DNA of 64,000 nucleotides. It comes from Azolla caroliniana (lineage: Eukaryota; Plantae; Polypodiophyta). The stretch is taken from the NCBI GenBank assembly GCA_043228905.1, contig JBHGNT010000015.1:2604001-2668000 (forward strand). Direction: 5' to 3'. Positions 59,286-64,000 of the stretch are shown here, piece after piece. Each line of letters opens with the position of its first letter. Position 1 is the first letter of the stretch. The translations under genes were made by a program, and so were the position numbers. The notes under the pieces were generated by a model that saw only the letters and a program-made list of their open reading frames with translations, was not told where the DNA came from and ran no database searches.

Positions 59286-61862
59286 TCTATCTATCTATTT
59301 ATCCATCCATCTCTCTAGGTTGAATGGTTTATTCCATATATCAAAAGCTTAAATTCAAGGGAACCCAAGTTCCATCCTCGCTATGGTTAGTATCGGACAC
59401 GTAACCTAGTGAGAACTATAAACATCTATTTTTCTAATTATTTACATAACAGGATACTCGACTCGTTTTGAGATTTACACTACTATGTCCTTAAATGAAT
59501 TTTATATAACAGATAAAATTTTAAGATAGAGACCGTTGATGATACATGATACATCATGCCCTACATTTGATCCAAAAACAATAATATTTTTGAAGTACAA
59601 TATACTATTAAAAGAGCTACCTAATATAAAACCGGATAGCCATGGTGCCCCCGATGTTTTCGTCCATCTTTGGTGCTTCTGCCCAACAAATATATAGTTT
59701 GGAGTTCAATTATAGATTCGAACATTGAAACATTTTACACCTTTTTATAAGAGTAAAGTTACGTAAATGATATCACGTTTGGTAGAGAGTATGGTGTGCC
59801 TTCAAAGCATTGCAAGAAGCTCATTGATAAACTCATTATACTTATTTTCTCAACGAACTAAAATAAGACAATATTTCTTGTTCTATAGCCCCACACTTGG
59901 TTTGTTACAAGAATATTTCCATTAGCATCTAAAATGAACAAAAGAAATATGAAATGTGTAGACAACATTCTCTAGTGTGGTTAGTTGTTGAACTTTCTAT
60001 TGATTGTCCAATTGTTATTTGTATTTATTTTCTTGTACGTAGCATCAATACCTCATAGTAAGTTGTTGCACCTCAACTTTCCTTCACATTCTTCTAATTG
60101 GTTAAATATACTGTCAGTGTACTTAGATACTCTTTCCTCTATGCCTCCCTATTATATGGTGAATTGACCTACCATAAAGTTTCAAATGTTATAATAGCAT
60201 TGCAATCGTGACATGATATGTATTGGAACATTACGACTAGCACGACCTGATTGGTCATAGATAATAGGGTATCATGAATATAATTGCCTTTTTCTAAATC
60301 ATTGATGGCCTTTGCATAGGTAATTACTATTATGACATCACATTACAAACACTTGTTCCAAATTTACAAGATAGTAAGTGCAATGGACAATGTGACACAT
60401 CGGCGCATATTTGAGAAATCATCAATGTAATATGAAATATGAGTGGAATATAGAGGAATTTGAAGTAAATCGTTATGGCAAGAGTAAAGTGAACATTTGA
60501 CAAGCCAAAAATCACAAAAGGGGAGAAAAGTAGTACAGTTAGACAGCGAAAATAATTCAACCTATTCCTAGAGAAAGATCAAATTAGAATCACTTTTAAA
60601 GAGTAGAACTTAGACTCCCTAGCAAGTGCTAATACAACAAAATGATGACGAAATTGAAAATATGTATCACAAACAATTATTTGCTCTATTACTTTTGGAG
60701 GATTTGAAACTAAGACCGTCCTATGTTGTATTGGAAGTATGCATACAAATACAAATCAATATTAAACAAATATGTGTCGTATTGACAATATATACACAAA
60801 TACGAGTCTTTGTTTCCCTCTTTATTGTATGGGCACTACATTAGGCATTGATAATCTATTTTGAAGCTTCGGGAAAGACTCTATATTGCAATTTGCTACA
60901 AAAGAATTTTCAAAGTGCTCAAAAGAAAAAGAAACTAGATGTTTAGTATTAAATTATCTATAAGACTATATGATTTGTATTGATGTGGTCCCATGCATGA
61001 CGTATATATTGGATAAAGAACAAAGTTGTGCATGAACCCGATCTCAAACATGCATTTCATTAGAGTATCGTCGACTTAAGTGCAATGCCATTAAGCAATA
61101 TCTGACAATTTTAGAAAAGACGAGGATTGTAGCAAAACAACAAATGATACGGTTGAGGTTATTGGAGATGATGCTCATAGATCGTAAAAGTTCACATAAA
61201 GTAGAAGAATTTATGATTTATAACAAATGTCCCCCTTTCTTTTGGTACGGGTGGCCATATTTATGACTCATCTCTAAGTGAACGACATCATTTGAGAACA
61301 ATAAATGAACTTGCGATGGCATGAAAAATGGCTCTTCCTAAATTTTAGTTTTTGTTTAATCTCCGATTGTTAGTTAATGAGCATGATGGCACACATACAT
61401 GAAATACAAGCTTAGCATATGTATGACTACACTTTCTAGATTAATTACATTTGATTGATAACAGCCAATGATAATCTATGCATATTAGGCTTACGAAGTG
61501 CAAATGGCTTCAAAAAATATACGCATTTGCTTTCGAGGATTATTAACTTTTGTCGTTTTCTCACTAAAGATCCAACATGTAGGACATTCATTGGATCAAT
61601 AAAAACTACCAGACAAATATTGCTTGATTTTGGCAAATCGACGTCGGTTTTGGAAGTTAGTATTCATATTAAAGCATGGGGACATTATCACACCCATTAA
61701 AAGGTTGCAAAGCATATGACCGTAATCGACATGAAAATGACCCAACACATTGTAGTTGAGGCATTGTCCTACATTGCATTTCAACTTATGTGCATGCATA
61801 CATATATGTGTTTGTGTATGTGTATAGGTGAAAGGATCTCCTTTTTGCCCAAAACATTTATT

Positions 61863-61864
<2 letters not shown>

Positions 61865-61901
<37 letters not shown>
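61865..61901. repeat. (GT)18 microsatellite
   Basis: Direct observation. Confidence 0.97.
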
Positions 61902-61905
<4 letters not shown>

Positions 61906-63053
61906 ATATTTTGCAAGAATTGGAGAAATAATATAACCCAACAAGATACCTATACAAACTTTCTACACGTCTTTTCTAAAGAAGTAATTTTTATTATATA
62001 TGTTGTGTTGGCACATAGATCCCTGGAACTCTGGCATTTATTCATGTTGAAACAGCGTCTTGAAATCTTTTCTAGGGATTTAATGTAGCATTGTGCTTTG
62101 CATCTCTTGTTCACATTCAATTCTTTATTCCAAGACCTGGCCATGTGATGATGGCTCAAAGATAGATTGACACACAACTTCACGTATTAAAGATTTTTGT
62201 CTTCCCTTGCCTTTCGAATGGACATGCAGACACGAGGTTTAACATTTAGGAATAAGTTGTGTTCTTTTAGATTCTCAAATTTACCGAAAGGAATTTTAAA
62301 CGTGACATTGAAAACTTGTGTAGGAAACTTTAGAAATAACACGTAGATGCCCAAACAATGTGTGTGGATATGTGACAAAATATTGATGAAATGTTTCATG
62401 TTGTTGTGTTAATATCACCAATGCTTTCTATGTTGTTTATTCCAAGGGGATTTGGATGTAAGTGACATCTTCGTTCATCACTTATATCAAAATCAACCGT
62501 TTCTAGAAAGGTTGTTTCAAAGGGTGGTGGTGGATCCATTCTAGGTGGACTCTTACTCAATGAGAAGAGTAACAAGGAAATTAAGGACACAATAAATGGA
62601 AAAAAAGCTTTCTCTGAATTCAAATCATGTGGAATAATCATAAAAGTAAGTACAATTAATCAAAATCGTTGTGGGGCATATGTCGTATGACAACGTACAA
62701 CTGTGACCTTCAAAGTTACTATATTATGCCCATGGCGTGTTTGGGAGGACTTGATAGTACATTGCCATCTACCACCTTGCATGCACTTGTTTACATAACC
62801 TAGATGCAAATTAATAGCTACCATGTTCACTACCAAATTACTATTTTACATGTGACCATACATATGCAAGTTTGATATACAAAACTAACAATACAATCCT
62901 GTCCAAGTTATGTTAGAAAATTACAATCTCATAGTTTGTACATGTCCTTCGGATATTTTAGCAATTCATTGCAATGTCAAAAATGATCTATTCCACAACA
63001 TGTAACAAACATAATTACCTCAAAGTATATTGTATTACTTCACCTTGCATTTC

Positions 63054-63211
63054 CATGACAAGACAAAATTTGATAAAGCCATATTCGTTCTAGCTCCTTG
63101 CGTTCCAACAACGCCAAATCTCATTGTCACTAGCATATTCATGACAAGACAAAATTTGATAAAGCCATATTTGCACTAGCTCCCTACATTCCCCCAATGC
63201 CAAATCTCATT
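63054..63211. repeat. 86-bp tandem duplication
   Basis: CATGACAAGACAAAATTTGATAAAGCCATATT at 63054 and 63140. Confidence 0.9.
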
Positions 63212-64000
63212 ATATGAGGCTACTTTAATAGATACCAATGTACAATGTATGGGTTGAATGCATTGAAATACGCACAAGATGATAATTTGTTGGCATGGTT
63301 CTTTTAGTGTTCATAATCATCCTTAGTTCTTCGTCCATGATTCCATGTTATGCCCTTGCAAATTATATATGATGTTCCATTGCCCACATTAGGTATATGC
63401 TATCACATTACAAACATACCTTGCATTTCAAATTATAATCTAGGATGAGAAAATGCTTGCATAAGTCAATGTATTGATATAGTTTATTGTTATTGGTATG
63501 GTCTGAGCATATAGTAGTGAGAATAAACTTTAGGGAGAGATGAGAAGGCATATAAACATTAGTGTGACATTGGGAAGTTGAGGAGAGAACTTTCTATTTA
63601 ATAAGACCCCTCAGTATCTCCATAATATTGAGACAAACAATAGTAAAGAGCCTTTAGTGAGTATGATTCTCATGGTTCATAAACATTGCACATTCTCTCT
63701 TATCGCTCTATCAACATTTATAGTGACGTCCTTATCTGTTAAGATATATTGTTAGGATATATCGAACCATGTCATGCACGAATGCCGAGAGTAATACGAG
63801 CTCAATATTTGTTACAACCTCATATTTAAGTGCATTATACCACAAGCACCATGGCTTGGTGAAAATCTACCACTAAACCAACATTAGTTATTCCTAAATT
63901 GAAACAAATATGTCTTGAGATGAACTTCCACTTTACATAAGCTACATGTTCTTTAAAAACATAAGAGTGGATGGGTAAGTATGGGGACAAGATAATTGTA

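Noticed and set aside
59300-62390. Short ORFs in the AT-rich region
   Set aside because: No recognisable domains, and some only translate microsatellites.
63054-63211. C2H2 zinc-finger repeats
   Set aside because: The period is 86 bp (not in frame) and there is no C/H pattern.

Overview
This is eukaryotic nuclear DNA from a land plant. Tcn1-like chromoviruses, Trp-primed non-chromoviral Ty3/gypsy elements and a plastid ndhB fragment suggest a non-seed plant such as a fern (inference). Positions ~1-58,300 are almost entirely nested LTR retrotransposons. They include five copies (A-E) of a tRNA-Trp-primed, 4-bp-TSD gypsy family, of which copy A (4287-11446) is intact with identical LTRs. There is also a gag-only non-autonomous partner family, three copia families, a decayed chromovirus with two self-priming non-autonomous relatives, several solo LTRs and a 66-bp mini-element. 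The last ~5.7 kb is AT-rich and holds a plastid-derived fragment, a U6 retrocopy and microsatellites. No intact host gene was recognised. Main observations: (1) antisense tRNA-like A-box/B-box (Pol III) modules in the U3 of at least three unrelated LTR families; (2) a conserved GGAUUUU-UAG -1 frameshift with a covarying pseudoknot-like structure between gag-pro and pol; (3) every gypsy-family target site is NCGN (CpG-centred); (4) TSD bookkeeping reveals a >27-kb inversion (or mis-join) with one breakpoint in gypsy copy B; (5) an inferred 8-layer nesting; (6) Tf1-type self-priming. All alignments and counts were done by eye.
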